64,000 nt of DNA from an uncultured Candidatus Rokubacteria bacterium (GTDB lineage Bacteria > Methylomirabilota > Methylomirabilia > Rokubacteriales > DASRDR01), in assembly GCA_963805625.1 (NCBI GenBank), contig CAWDVE010000017.1, positions 672,001 through 736,000 of the forward strand, given 5' to 3'. Below the pieces are notes generated by a model, which made no database searches, had not been told where the DNA came from, and worked only from the letters and a program-made list of their open reading frames with translations. The position numbers and the translations under genes were made by a program. Shown here piece after piece: positions 19,400 to 29,430 of this stretch (position 1 is its first letter; every line of letters starts with the position of its first letter).

Positions 19400-20074
19400 T
19401 CAGTTGCCCCGTACCTGCTCGATCCTGGCCGCGGCTTGGTTCAGGGCGGTCGCGATGCCGGGCAGGTCCTTCACCGGCAGGTAGAGCGTCGTGGGCACCT
19501 CCCAGACCGCTCGCTGCAACAGAACCGGCAGGTCGCCCGTCTGGATGTAGCCGACGGCGTCCCCGCGGATCTGCAGCACGCCGACCCGGAGCGTGCCGCC
19601 GTGGAAATCGGTATCGACGGTCTCCGCGCGAGGCTCTCCCGGGGGGGCTGTCGCGATCCGGGCCATGTCCCCCACCGCCTGAGCGAGGGCCCGCACGTCG
19701 GCGCCGTCCAGGAGTCCCGAGCCGAGCCGGAACAGGTCCCCCCCGGGGCCTGTCGACACCGACAGTGTCACCTTCAGCGCCAGGGACTTCCAGTCGGGCC
19801 GACCCGGCTGGTGGGCGCGCAGCACTTCGATCGCGATCTCTCCGGGTCGCGCCACGCTGGTGGTCGCCGAGCGCGGGAACCCCGGCAAGGGGAGCGGAGC
19901 GATCGGCAGGGTGGCGATCGGATACGATTCCCTGACGCAGGGCGAGCAGGCCGACAGGACGAAGCGCTCGAACACGGTCGGTGGCCCCGTCCCGGTGCCG
20001 TCGCCGTTGGACCGAGCGGTCGACGGTGCCGACGCGAGCGCGACCAGCAAGACGAACGTGAGCGATCGCGGCAT
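19400..20074 (-). CDS. Secreted hypothetical protein with CxxC
   Basis: Signal-like N-terminus, 'SACSPC', typical codon usage. Confidence 0.6.
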   Translation of the reverse strand: MPRSLTFVLLVALASAPSTARSNGDGTGTGPPTVFERFVLSACSPCVRESYPIATLPIAPLPLPGFPRSATTSVARPGEIAIEVLRAHQPGRPDWKSLALKVTLSVSTGPGGDLFRLGSGLLDGADVRALAQAVGDMARIATAPPGEPRAETVDTDFHGGTLRVGVLQIRGDAVGYIQTGDLPVLLQRAVWEVPTTLYLPVKDLPGIATALNQAAARIEQVRGN

Positions 20075-20260
20075 CGGCCCCCCGGCTCTCGACGTCGCGC
20101 GGGCCAGGGCCCGCGCCAGGACGATCTTACCGCGTCTCGGGCTGGCTAGGTTTCTGGGCTGGCCGCAGGGTGCCGAATGGCGGGCGACGGTCGAAGACGC
20201 GCGTCTAACGGGGCGGGCGCGAACCGGCTCCGCCCAACAGACGCGCACGGACGCGCTAGG

Positions 20261-20318
20261 CTACAGGGAGCGCAGGAACTTCAGAAGATCCTGCTTGTCA
20301 GACTCCCTCAGCTGGTTG
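20261..20318 (-). pseudogene. C-terminal tail of a cytochrome c / di-heme oxidoreductase-like gene
   Basis: 'NQLRESDKQDLLKFLRSL*' resembles the terminal helix typical of these families; the rest of the gene is absent. Confidence 0.5.
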
Positions 20319-20506
20319 TCACCCAGGCCGGGGCCGGCCAATCGCCCATCTACGCGAACCTCCAGAAGCAGTCCGGCGAGCTGCCGAGCTGGAACTTCGC
20401 CAAGTACCTGGTGGGCAAGGACGGCAAGGTTGTGAAATTCTACAAGAGCGGCGTCAAGCCGGACGACGCCGGTCTGCGGAAGGACATCGAGCCCGCCCTG
20501 CGATAG
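20314..20506 (+). pseudogene. C-terminal part of a glutathione peroxidase
   Basis: 'QSPIY..L......PSWNFAKYLVGKDGKVV..Y.S.V.P....L...IE..L'; the N-terminal peroxidatic Cys region is missing. Confidence 0.85.
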
Positions 20507-20618
20507 CACCGTTAGCCGCGGCGGACCGAGCACCCGACTTTTCGCGGCGCATCCGCGAGGGGCTGGCGGGTATGGACGGAGGCCGCGCTCCCGGATCCTG
20601 ACCGATCTTCGACGCCGC

Positions 20619-21203
20619 CTATCGTCCGGGAGCGCCGAGCTGGCCACGCGTGGCCATCGCGTCGAACCAGTGCCCGTAGGGGTGCAGGAGGCCGGTCTGG
20701 AGGAGGTACCACCCCCGGGAATGCCCCCTGGCCCAGAACTCCTCCACCCAGCGGCCTGCGTCCACCAGGAGCGCCTCGTCCGCCACCACGCCACGGATCC
20801 GCTCCGCCGAGACGATCTCGTCCCAGGCAGCCGGCGCCAGCGAGCCGGCCACGGATCGCGTCCGGTCCGCGACGTCGCGCGCGTAGCCTCGAAGCGCCGT
20901 GGTGTCGATCCGGTCGCTCACCGACTCCACCTCCGTGCCGGTCATGCCGGAGCCGACATCGCGCCGCTCCACCCCGAGCCGGTGACGCCAGTTCCCCTCC
21001 GTCAGGATCTGTGGCCGATCGGTGACGAAGCGGCTCACCGCCGCGTCCTCGACTCGCGTGGCGTGCCAGACGAGCCAGGCGACCGAGTTCAGCCCGTGCG
21101 GCCGCGCCCGGACCTGGGCGTCGGTCAGTCCGGCGAAGAGCTCGTCGACGAACCCCCCGTGGATGGCGTTGTAGCGCGACAGAAATAACCCGAGCGCGTC
21201 CAT
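20619..21203 (-). CDS. DinB/YfiT-family protein
   Basis: 'GLTDAQVRARP..LNSVAWLVWH...ED', C-terminal 'H...H'. Confidence 0.85.
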   Translation of the reverse strand: MDALGLFLSRYNAIHGGFVDELFAGLTDAQVRARPHGLNSVAWLVWHATRVEDAAVSRFVTDRPQILTEGNWRHRLGVERRDVGSGMTGTEVESVSDRIDTTALRGYARDVADRTRSVAGSLAPAAWDEIVSAERIRGVVADEALLVDAGRWVEEFWARGHSRGWYLLQTGLLHPYGHWFDAMATRGQLGAPGR

Positions 21204-21535
21204 CGTGTCTCTCTCCCCGATCCGGCGGCCGAGGTGGAGCCGGTCGCCGGTGGTCTCCGGGCGATCTCGCCTCGTGCGGCCGGCCCTTCCGCCGACCTCG
21301 CGCGAAGCCGACCATACGCCAGCATAGGGTGCCACAACCCCACGACCCCACGGCCAAGGGAAGCGCCATGGGGGCCAGGCACCGATCCGTCGGGCAGCCG
21401 GGGCCACGTCGGCCCCCAAGGGCAAGGGTCGACCGCGCGGTTGCCGACCGAAAAGCGACCGGCTATGCTCCTCGCACGGTGGTGTGTGTGTCGGCTCGCA
21501 GCTGAGCGGGCGCCGTTTCTTCGATGGAGGGGTTC

Positions 21536-21778
21536 ATGAGCCAAGAGCATCTCGAGAGCGAGGTGGCCCGCCTGCGGGCCGAGAACGAAGCTCTGAAGGC
21601 CCGGGCGCAGCGAGGCGGGCAGCTGCGCGTCAGCGACAAGGGCGGGGTCTCCGTGTACGGGCTGGGGCGCTTTCCCGTGACGCTCTACAAGGAGCAGTGG
21701 CGCCGGTTGCTCGACATGGCCGACGAGATCCGCGCGTTCATCCGCGAGCACGAGAGCGAGCTGAAGAGCAAAGACTGA
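21536..21778 (+). CDS. Conserved small hypothetical protein (coiled coil plus 'VSxKGGVSVYGLGRFPVTLYKEQW')
   Basis: GGAGG RBS; recognisable conserved motif. Confidence 0.85.
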   Translation: MSQEHLESEVARLRAENEALKARAQRGGQLRVSDKGGVSVYGLGRFPVTLYKEQWRRLLDMADEIRAFIREHESELKSKD

Positions 21779-21876
21779 CGCGCGCGGCGCGTGCCGGCGT
21801 CCCCGTCGGCGCCGCGTCCGGCAAGCGCCGCCGGCCGCACCTCAGACCGGGTACCTGGACGAGCCCGGGGGCGCGG

Positions 21877-22656
21877 TCAGAAGCGGATGCTCAGCCCCAG
21901 GATGGGACCGTGCATCGTCGTGTCCCACCTGAACCGGTTAATGCCGGATCCGGTCGTGTAGTCCTGGTAGAGCGCCTTGTACCCCGCCAGGATGGCCCAC
22001 TCGAGCCCCGCCCCCTGCCACTTGTATCCGAACAGGCCCATGACGGACCAGGCGAGGTCGGAGCCCACGCCGAAGCCGCCGACATCTCCCGCGAAGAGCA
22101 GGAACACGTGCTTCGAGAAGTGCACGCCCAGTCGCCCACCGACGATCGGGTCGATCCAGTCGACCTGCTGATTGCGCGACGGTTCGCCGCGGGTGTCCAG
22201 ATCGACGTCGAGGTACGAGTAGCGCCCGCCCGCGTAGACGTCGAGCGTGATCCCCGGGACCCGGTCGACCGTGGTGTCGACGAGCCGGTACTGCGCGCCG
22301 AACTCGACGAACCACGTCCGCTCCGTGATGTCGAGCCCGGTGCTGCCGGCGTCCTCCACCTTCATTTTCACGTAGAAGAAGTCGCCGTAGACCCCCAACC
22401 GGCCCCGTGTCACCTCGACGTGCCCCTGAAGGCCGACCAGGGTGTCCGTGTTGTCCAGGAGGTCGAGGAAGCTGGCGTCGGGGCTCGCGGTGACCCCTTT
22501 GACGGTCACGTCACCGTAGAGGCCCGCGGCCCACAGATAGGGTGTGAAGGTCAGGTGCCAGGCGCTCGGGTCGTCGTCCTCGGCCCGGGCGACCGAGGCG
22601 GTCGCGACAACCAGCAGTCCGACTCCGAGCACCGCGGCGAGTCGCAATCTCATCAC
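21877..22656 (-). CDS. Outer-membrane beta-barrel protein
   Basis: Signal peptide, 'W.....PYLWA', alternating beta strands, 'W.DP..G', terminal 'GP.LGL..RF'. Confidence 0.85.
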   Translation of the reverse strand: MMRLRLAAVLGVGLLVVATASVARAEDDDPSAWHLTFTPYLWAAGLYGDVTVKGVTASPDASFLDLLDNTDTLVGLQGHVEVTRGRLGVYGDFFYVKMKVEDAGSTGLDITERTWFVEFGAQYRLVDTTVDRVPGITLDVYAGGRYSYLDVDLDTRGEPSRNQQVDWIDPIVGGRLGVHFSKHVFLLFAGDVGGFGVGSDLAWSVMGLFGYKWQGAGLEWAILAGYKALYQDYTTGSGINRFRWDTTMHGPILGLSIRF

Positions 22657-22854
22657 GTCGGCGTCTCCTCTGTCACGGTCGCTGCCTCGATCGCCCGGAG
22701 GGGCGGATGGGACCCGGCGAGCTCTCGGCTCGGAGCCTGCCTCCCTCGAAAACGATAGTAGTGTACTTGTACCATGCCGGAGGGGTTGCCCAGCAGCGGA
22801 TCCCCGCCGCCGGCGCGCCGCGCCTTCGACCGGCCGCCGATCTCGCTCGCGCTG

Positions 22855-23294
22855 GTCGGAGCCCGTGACCGTGTACGCGCTCCGGGGCGTGACCGGCGAG
22901 GAAGCGATGGACGGGGCCGACGAGGATGAGGGGCTGGCGCAGGTCGACCTGCCCGCCGTCGCGCACGTCGTCGGAGAAGGGAAGCGTGTCGACGGGACCT
23001 CTCACCCCAATCCGCGTCACCCGCATCGGTCGCACGGTCGTGGAGTTCGTCGCGAACGCGGCCTTGCCGACGACCCACTCGGACCTGAAGCTGGTCGTCG
23101 ACTTCGGGGACGGCGGGGCGACCGACGCGAGCTACGTCCGCGTCGCCGCCCGCGAGCCCTCCGACCGCCTCGGGCCGGCCGGCGCCCGGATTCGCGCCGT
23201 GTTCACGTCTCTGGCCGAGGCAGACCTCCTGCGCATCGACCGTCTGGTCGACGCCCAGCCGACGCCGACCGGCGCGGGCAGCCTGTCCCCCTAG
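22855..23294 (+). pseudogene. Remnant of a class III nucleotide cyclase C-terminus with a PilZ-like tail, frameshifted
   Basis: 'SEPVTVYALRGV' (cyclase C-terminal strand) in one frame; a beta-rich tail '..I.AVFTSL......RI..L' in another frame after ~22990. Confidence 0.5.
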
Positions 23295-23418
23295 GCCGGC
23301 CGTCACCGGGACGCGCCCGGCGGGATGCAGTAGGATGGCCGGGTCGGATCGTGGACGGGCCCGGACCGGGTGCGTCGGCGGCCGGCGCGCCGTGCCCTCC
23401 GGTTCCGAGAGGACCCCT

Positions 23419-25653
23419 ATGAACGCTGGTCACCCGTGGAGCCGGCTCGCGGCCTTGGTCTGCGTCCTCGCCCTTCTGCCGGCGGTCGTGGCGGCGGCGG
23501 CCCAGCCGGCCGGATCGGAGAAGCCGGTCTCGGTGAAGCTGCCCGAGCCGCTGACCCGGGAGGCGATCCGTGAGCTGGTGGCCCGGCTCAGCGACGCGGA
23601 GGTCCGCGGGCTGCTGCTCGCCCAGCTCGACAAGGCCGCCGCGCCCGAGGCCGGCGAGGCCGCCCCGCCCATGGCTGCGGGCCTCGCGGGGAACGTCGAT
23701 CGCGCCCGGACCGAGATCGGGGCTGTGCTCCGGGCCGCGCCCGATCTGCCCGCCGCGCTGGGTGCGGCGGTCGGCCGGTTCTCCGAGGGACGCTCTCCGT
23801 ACCACTTGCTGCTCGTCGCCGCTCTCTTCGTCGTCCTGCTGGCGCTCGGCTGGATCGCCGAGCGCCTGGTGGGGCGCCTGCTCGCCGGCGTCCGTGGCCG
23901 GTTTGACCGCAGCCCGGGCGACGGCCTCGGCGTCGATGCCGGGAGCCTCGTGATCCGCGTGGTCCTGGACCTCCTGCTCCTGGCGGTCTTCGCCGCCACG
24001 ATATTCGCGGGGTTCCTGGCCCTCTACCAGGGCCACGAGGCCACCCGCGAGCTGATCGTGAGCGCGCTCGTGGCCATCATCCAGGTGCGGCTCGCCATGC
24101 TGGTGGCGCGCTTCCTGCTTGCGCCGCACAGCCCCGCGCTGCGGCTCCTGCCGTTCGATGACGCAGCGGCGGGAGTCCTCTATCGGGGCGTGGTCACCCT
24201 CGCCTGGCTCTACGGCTGTCTCGATGTCCTCACCTTCTTCCTCCAGCGCTTCGGTGTGCCGCGTGAGCCGTTCCTCTTCGTGGGCCTGGTCGGCAAGCTC
24301 GTATTCGCCTTCATCTACCTTCGCCTGGTGTGGCGCGTCCGTGCCCCGATCGCCGCCAAGATCCGAGGCGACGGGCAGAGCACGCTCCGCCGGCTGCTCG
24401 CCGATCTCTGGCCGGCCCTGATGACGGCCTACGTCCTGTGCCTCGTGGTGGTCTTGACGGTCGAACAGCTGGCCGGCCGTCTCCGCACCGGCCGGGCGGG
24501 GATCTTGAGCCTCCTGGTGGTGCTCGCCATGCCGCTCGTCGACATGGCGCTCTGCCGGCTGCTGGCCCGGCGGGCGAGGAGAATCCAGCCGGACGGAGTG
24601 GCGAGGTCCGGCGCGAGCTTTCTGCCGGTGCTGCAACGGGGCTACCACATCGTGGTCACCGCCGCGGGCGCCCTGGTGATCGTCCACCTCTGGAATCTCG
24701 ATCTGGTGGACCTGGCGACCCGCGGCGTCGGGGCGCGCGTGGCCGGCGCGCTGATCGACATTGGCCTGACCCTCATGCTCGCGTACCTGGTGTGGCAGCT
24801 CGCGAAGACGGCCATCGACCAGCGGCTGGAGCGGGAAGCCCGGCCCCGGGGCGTGAGCGACCCGGGCGAAGCCGGGGGGACGGGCGGGTCGCGGCTCCGG
24901 ACTCTCCTACCGCTGGCGCGCGGGACGGTCTTTGCGGTGGTCTGCGTCATGAGCGTCTTGTCCGTGCTTGCCGCCCTCGGCGTCAACATCGGTCCGCTGC
25001 TGGCGGGCGCCGGGGTCGTCGGGCTCGCGGTCGGCTTCGGCGCGCAGACGCTGGTCCGGGACATCTTCTCGGGCGCCTTCTATCTCGTGGACGACGCGTT
25101 CCGCGTGGGTGAGTACATCAACGTCGGCGACGCCAAGGGCACGGTGGAGAAGATCGGCATCCGCTCCATGCAGCTCCGCCACCACCGGGGCGCGGTCAAT
25201 ATCGTCCCGTACGGCGGGATCAAGAAGATGACCAACGAGAGCCGCGACTGGGTTATCGAGAAGCTCGAGTTCCGGCTGACCTACGACACGGACATCACAA
25301 AGGTCAAGAAGATCGTCAAGCGCATCGGCCAGGAGCTCATGGCGGACCCGGAGCTGGGCCCGCACATCCTCGAGCCCCTCAAGTCGCAGGGGGTCATGGC
25401 CATGGAGGACAGCGCCCTGCTCGTCAAGGCGAAGTTCACCGCCAAGCCGGGCGAGCAATTCGTGATCCGCCGGGAGGCCTACCAGCGAATCAAGCAGGCG
25501 TTCGACGAGGCAGGCATCCACTTCGCCCACCGGCAGGTGACGGTATTCGTCCCGCCGGGCGCGACCGATGCCACGGCGGCGGCTGCTGCCGCGACCGGCG
25601 CCGCCGCCGCCGCGGTTCTCGCGGCCGAGCAGCCGGCGGAGGGTGCTTCCTGA
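23419..25653 (+). CDS. Large MscS-family mechanosensitive channel (YbiO-like)
   Basis: 'LGVNIGPLLAGAGVVGLAVGFGAQTLVRD..SG.F...DD.FRVGEYI....G.VE.I.IRS'; multi-TM N-terminus. Confidence 0.93.
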   Translation: MNAGHPWSRLAALVCVLALLPAVVAAAAQPAGSEKPVSVKLPEPLTREAIRELVARLSDAEVRGLLLAQLDKAAAPEAGEAAPPMAAGLAGNVDRARTEIGAVLRAAPDLPAALGAAVGRFSEGRSPYHLLLVAALFVVLLALGWIAERLVGRLLAGVRGRFDRSPGDGLGVDAGSLVIRVVLDLLLLAVFAATIFAGFLALYQGHEATRELIVSALVAIIQVRLAMLVARFLLAPHSPALRLLPFDDAAAGVLYRGVVTLAWLYGCLDVLTFFLQRFGVPREPFLFVGLVGKLVFAFIYLRLVWRVRAPIAAKIRGDGQSTLRRLLADLWPALMTAYVLCLVVVLTVEQLAGRLRTGRAGILSLLVVLAMPLVDMALCRLLARRARRIQPDGVARSGASFLPVLQRGYHIVVTAAGALVIVHLWNLDLVDLATRGVGARVAGALIDIGLTLMLAYLVWQLAKTAIDQRLEREARPRGVSDPGEAGGTGGSRLRTLLPLARGTVFAVVCVMSVLSVLAALGVNIGPLLAGAGVVGLAVGFGAQTLVRDIFSGAFYLVDDAFRVGEYINVGDAKGTVEKIGIRSMQLRHHRGAVNIVPYGGIKKMTNESRDWVIEKLEFRLTYDTDITKVKKIVKRIGQELMADPELGPHILEPLKSQGVMAMEDSALLVKAKFTAKPGEQFVIRREAYQRIKQAFDEAGIHFAHRQVTVFVPPGATDATAAAAAATGAAAAAVLAAEQPAEGAS

Positions 25654-26000
25654 GCCTCCTCCGCGGTGCCAACGGCCTGATGGCGGCCCTGTTCCTGTTC
25701 GCCGCGGCCGGTCCAGTACAACGACCCCGACCCGCTCCGGTCGATGGCGATCTATGGGCTTGCCGCGTTGGCGTGTGTGCTGTCGCTGCTGCGACGCCTG
25801 CGCCCGTCCCGGGGCTCGTTGGACTGGGTGCCGGGGGCCTGGGCTGGCGGTCTCGCGCCGGGTGTCATCGGGCGGGTGTCGGCGGGCGAGCTCTTCCAGT
25901 CGTACGGCATGATGAGCGAAACCGTCGAGGAGGCGCGGGAGATGGGGTCTCCTGATCGTGGCGGTCTGGATGAGCCTGCTCGCCCTCCGCTCGGGCCCCT
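25650..26000 (+). pseudogene. Transmembrane-220 family protein, frameshifted
   Basis: 'NGLMAALFLFAA', 'VQYNDPDP', 'AIYGLAA..C', 'VEEAREMG', 'LLIVAVWM' lie in different frames. Confidence 0.75.
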
Positions 26001-26360
26001 CCCGACAGGCCCGCCGGTCGCCGCCGTCCCGACGCTGGCCGGAGCCCGCGCTTGGCGCGGCCCGGGACTCACGGTGGCGGGGATCCCGACGGCACGACTG
26101 GCGGTCGGGGAAGCCAGCGGCGGGTCGTCGACCGGGCGAGAGGCGGCGGGAGAGGGACGCGTCGACTTCGCGATCGGAACCGGCGAGTAGACGGTCACGG
26201 CCCGCCTCGGCAGGTGGTCGCGGATCCCCCGCCGGCGCGGAGAGGTCGCCGGTCTCGTTCGTGGTCCGCGGGCCGCCGAGCTCACGGCGAGCCGGTGGAA
26301 CGCACCGCGGCGGGAATTCCTTCGCGGCTCGGTCGGCCCGGGGCTCATAATCGAGCCTAG

Positions 26361-28499
26361 ATGGCCGGTGTTCTGAGCGGGCTCGGGCGCGAGAGGTTCG
26401 GGTTCGTGCCTGTGCGATTCACGGAAACGACCGTGCGGATCGCGCTCCTGTCGATCGTGGCGCTAGCTGTTGCGGCCTGGAGTCCGGGCCCCCTCGATGC
26501 GGCGGCCGCTATCCCGGCACCCGGGGCCGCTGCCACCGGCGACCTGTCCGCGATCCAGAAGAGCGGCACGATCCGCCTCCTCGTCACCGGGTCCGAGCAC
26601 CTCCAGCGGGCCGGCGACCCGAAGCGCGAGGAGCTGGCGCTGGCGGTGGCCTTCGCGCGGAAGCTCGACCTCCACGCCGTCCCCGTCGTGATCTCGGACC
26701 GGAGCCAGCTGATCCCCGCGCTCCGGGCCGGGCAGGGAGACGTCATCGTCGGGTCGCTCGCCATCACGCCCGAGCGCGCCGTGGAGATCGCCTTCACGCG
26801 ACCGGTCCGCTTCGTGGCGCAGCAGGTCGTGGTCCCGAAGGGCGACCGGAGCCTCAAGCGGCCGGCGGACCTGGCGGGGAAGACCGTGACGGTCCGGGCC
26901 TCGAGCTCCTACGCCACCACGCTCACGCGGCTCCAGGCGCGGGTGAAGGGTCTCGAGATCAAGCCGGCCCGCGAGACCGAGGACACGTTCGACCTCATCC
27001 AGAAGGTGGCCCGGGGCGAGGAAGCCATCACGGTGGCGGACTCGGACATCCTGGCCGCGGCGCTCACGTTCGAGCCCGGCGTGAAGGCGGCATTCACGCT
27101 GAGCGAGCGGGACTCGATCGCCTGGGGCGTTCGCAAGGAGAACCCCGCCCTCAAGGCGGCGCTCGACGCCTTCCTGGTCGAGCGGGCGCTGACCGGCTAC
27201 AAGGACCGCCCGACGCGGGCGGACCTCGATGCCATCCGCAAGCGCGGCGTGCTCCGGGTCCTTACCCGCAACTCGAGCACGACGTACTTCCTCCATCGCG
27301 GGGAGGAGCTCGGCTTCGAGTACGAGCTGGTCCGCGAGTTCGCGCGGACGCTGGGGGTGCGGCTCGAGCTGGTGATCCCTCCGTCGCGCGAGGCGCTCGG
27401 CACCTACCTCCGGGAGGGCAAGGGTGACCTGGTCGCGGCGGGGCTCGCGGTGACACCCGAGCGCCGTCAGGAGTTCGCCTTCACCGCGCCCTACAACCGG
27501 GTGAGCGAGATCCTCGTCGTGCCGGCGAAGGACCGCGCCACCCGTGGCCTTGGAGATCTTCGCGGCCGGAAGATCAGCGTGCGGCGCTCGTCGAGCTACT
27601 ACCAGGCGCTCGCGCCGCTCCAGGCCCAGCACGGGTTCGAGCTGGACCTCGTGTCGGAGGACGACGAAACCGAGGACATCCTGGAGGTGGTGGGTGACGG
27701 CAAGCTCGCCGCCACGGTGGCCGACTCGAACATCGTCGACGTCCAGCTCACCTACAGCGACAGTATCCGCGGCGCGGGCCCGATCGGCGAGCCCCGGGAG
27801 ATCGCCTGGATGCTCCGGAAGGACCAACCGCAGCTCAAGGCGGCCGCGGACCGGTTCATCCGGCGGATCTATCGAGGCACGTTCTACAACATCACGATGA
27901 CCAAGTACTTCAAGAACCAGCGCCAGATGCGGACCGCGGCGAGCGAGGAGCGGTCGGACAAGGCAGACAAGCTTTCGCCCTACGACCCCCTGGTCAAGAA
28001 GTACGCGACGATGTACGAGTTCGACTGGCGGCTCGTCACGTCCCAGATGTTCCAGGAGTCGCGGTTCGACCCGAGCGTCCGGAGCTGGGCCGGGGCGCTG
28101 GGGCTGATGCAGGTCATGCCGAGGACGGCGGGGGAGCTCGGCGCCGGCGACGTCAGGAAGCCCGAGCAGGGGATCCAGGCCGGCGTGAAGCTGCTCGCGC
28201 GATACGGAGCCATGTATCGGGAGCCGGAGATCGGGGAGCAGGACCGCCTGCGCTTCACCCTCGCCGCGTACAACTGCGGCCCTGGGCACGTGGCCGACGG
28301 GCGCCGCCTCGCGGCCGACCTCAAGCTCGACCCGAACCGCTGGTTCGGCCACGTGGAGCAGGCGATGCCGCTCCTTGCCAAGCCGCGGTTCGCGCGGACG
28401 GCGCGGTACGGGTACTGCCGGTGCGGCGAGCCGGTCAAGTACGTCAGCGAGATCCAGCGCCGCTACGAGTCCTATTCCAACCTGATCGCCCTCAACTGA
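26361..28499 (+). CDS. mltF: MltF-like lytic murein transglycosylase with two SBP-type domains
   Basis: Two repeats of 'DL.AI...G.LR.L...'; SLT motifs 'FQES.F', 'GLMQ', 'AAYNCG'. Confidence 0.88.
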   Translation: MAGVLSGLGRERFGFVPVRFTETTVRIALLSIVALAVAAWSPGPLDAAAAIPAPGAAATGDLSAIQKSGTIRLLVTGSEHLQRAGDPKREELALAVAFARKLDLHAVPVVISDRSQLIPALRAGQGDVIVGSLAITPERAVEIAFTRPVRFVAQQVVVPKGDRSLKRPADLAGKTVTVRASSSYATTLTRLQARVKGLEIKPARETEDTFDLIQKVARGEEAITVADSDILAAALTFEPGVKAAFTLSERDSIAWGVRKENPALKAALDAFLVERALTGYKDRPTRADLDAIRKRGVLRVLTRNSSTTYFLHRGEELGFEYELVREFARTLGVRLELVIPPSREALGTYLREGKGDLVAAGLAVTPERRQEFAFTAPYNRVSEILVVPAKDRATRGLGDLRGRKISVRRSSSYYQALAPLQAQHGFELDLVSEDDETEDILEVVGDGKLAATVADSNIVDVQLTYSDSIRGAGPIGEPREIAWMLRKDQPQLKAAADRFIRRIYRGTFYNITMTKYFKNQRQMRTAASEERSDKADKLSPYDPLVKKYATMYEFDWRLVTSQMFQESRFDPSVRSWAGALGLMQVMPRTAGELGAGDVRKPEQGIQAGVKLLARYGAMYREPEIGEQDRLRFTLAAYNCGPGHVADGRRLAADLKLDPNRWFGHVEQAMPLLAKPRFARTARYGYCRCGEPVKYVSEIQRRYESYSNLIALN

Positions 28500-28546
28500 T
28501 GACCGTGCAGGGGCCGTCCGCCCGTCCAGTTCGGGAGGTCTGACCG

Positions 28547-29317
28547 GTGTTCCCGTACCGGGACGAGAACGAGACGATTCGCACACCGTACGCCACGTTC
28601 GTGCTGATCGCACTCAACGTGGGGGTGTGGCTTCTCATCCAGGGCGCAGGCTCGTCCATGGCCCTGGCACGGTCCATCTGCAACCTCGGCCTCATCCCAG
28701 GCGAGCTGACACTGAGCGTGCCTCCCGGGACGCGGTTCCCGATGGGCGACGGGCTCGTGTGCCTCACCGATCCGGGGCGGCAGACGGCGCACATCCTGAC
28801 GTCGATGTTCCTGCACGGCTCGTGGATGCACATCCTCGGGAACATGTGGTTCCTGTGGATCTTCGGGAACAACGTCGAGGACGCCATGGGCCGGCTCCGG
28901 TTCGTCGTCTTCTATCTCCTGACCGGCGTGGCTGCCGCGCTCGCCCAGGTCGTCCTCAATCCAGCCTCGGCGGTGCCGATGGTGGGTGCCTCCGGTGCCA
29001 TCAGTGGCGTGATGGGCGCCTACATCGTGCTGTACCCCCACGTGCGCGTGTTCATGATCGTGCCGCTCGGATTCATCCTCACCTCGATCGCCTGGCCGGC
29101 CTGGATGATGCTCGGCTACTGGTTCGTCCTCCAGTTCGTGAGCGGGCTGATCGTGCCGCAGGAGGGCGGGGGAGTCGCCTTCTGGGCGCACTTCGGCGGG
29201 TTCGTGGCCGGCGCGGTCCTCATCAAGCTCTTCACGCGGCCGGAGTACCTCGCCGCGCACCAGTCGGGACACTGGCGCCCGCGCCGCGTCGGATTCGGGC
29301 CCCCGCGCGATTCCTGA
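28547..29317 (+). CDS. Rhomboid intramembrane serine protease
   Basis: 'SMFLHG.W.H..GNM.FLWIFG.NVE', 'GASG', 'VAFWAHFGGF'. Confidence 0.95.
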   Translation: MFPYRDENETIRTPYATFVLIALNVGVWLLIQGAGSSMALARSICNLGLIPGELTLSVPPGTRFPMGDGLVCLTDPGRQTAHILTSMFLHGSWMHILGNMWFLWIFGNNVEDAMGRLRFVVFYLLTGVAAALAQVVLNPASAVPMVGASGAISGVMGAYIVLYPHVRVFMIVPLGFILTSIAWPAWMMLGYWFVLQFVSGLIVPQEGGGVAFWAHFGGFVAGAVLIKLFTRPEYLAAHQSGHWRPRRVGFGPPRDS

Positions 29318-29373
29318 GTCGCATTCCGGCGACCGCGGCGCCCTCGCCGCGCAGTCGGTCGGCTGTCGGTCGA

Positions 29374-29402
29374 TTGACGGTCCTCGGACCCGGCGCTAGA
29401 CT
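29374..29402 (+). promoter_or_regulatory. sigma70-like promoter
   Basis: TTGACG-N17-TAGACT, 28 bp upstream of the ATG at 29431. Confidence 0.55.
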
Positions 29403-29430
29403 GCTCTTGTCGCGAGCCCACGCGCGATCG

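Noticed and set aside
20314-20506. Selenocysteine read-through explaining the short glutathione peroxidase
   Set aside because: There is no upstream GPx-like sequence or in-frame TGA; the N-terminus is physically absent.
26463-28613. Long antisense ORFs (also 49142-50647, 60006-61469, 62663-63931 and others)
   Set aside because: Shadow frames of high-GC genes on the opposite strand; no family motifs.
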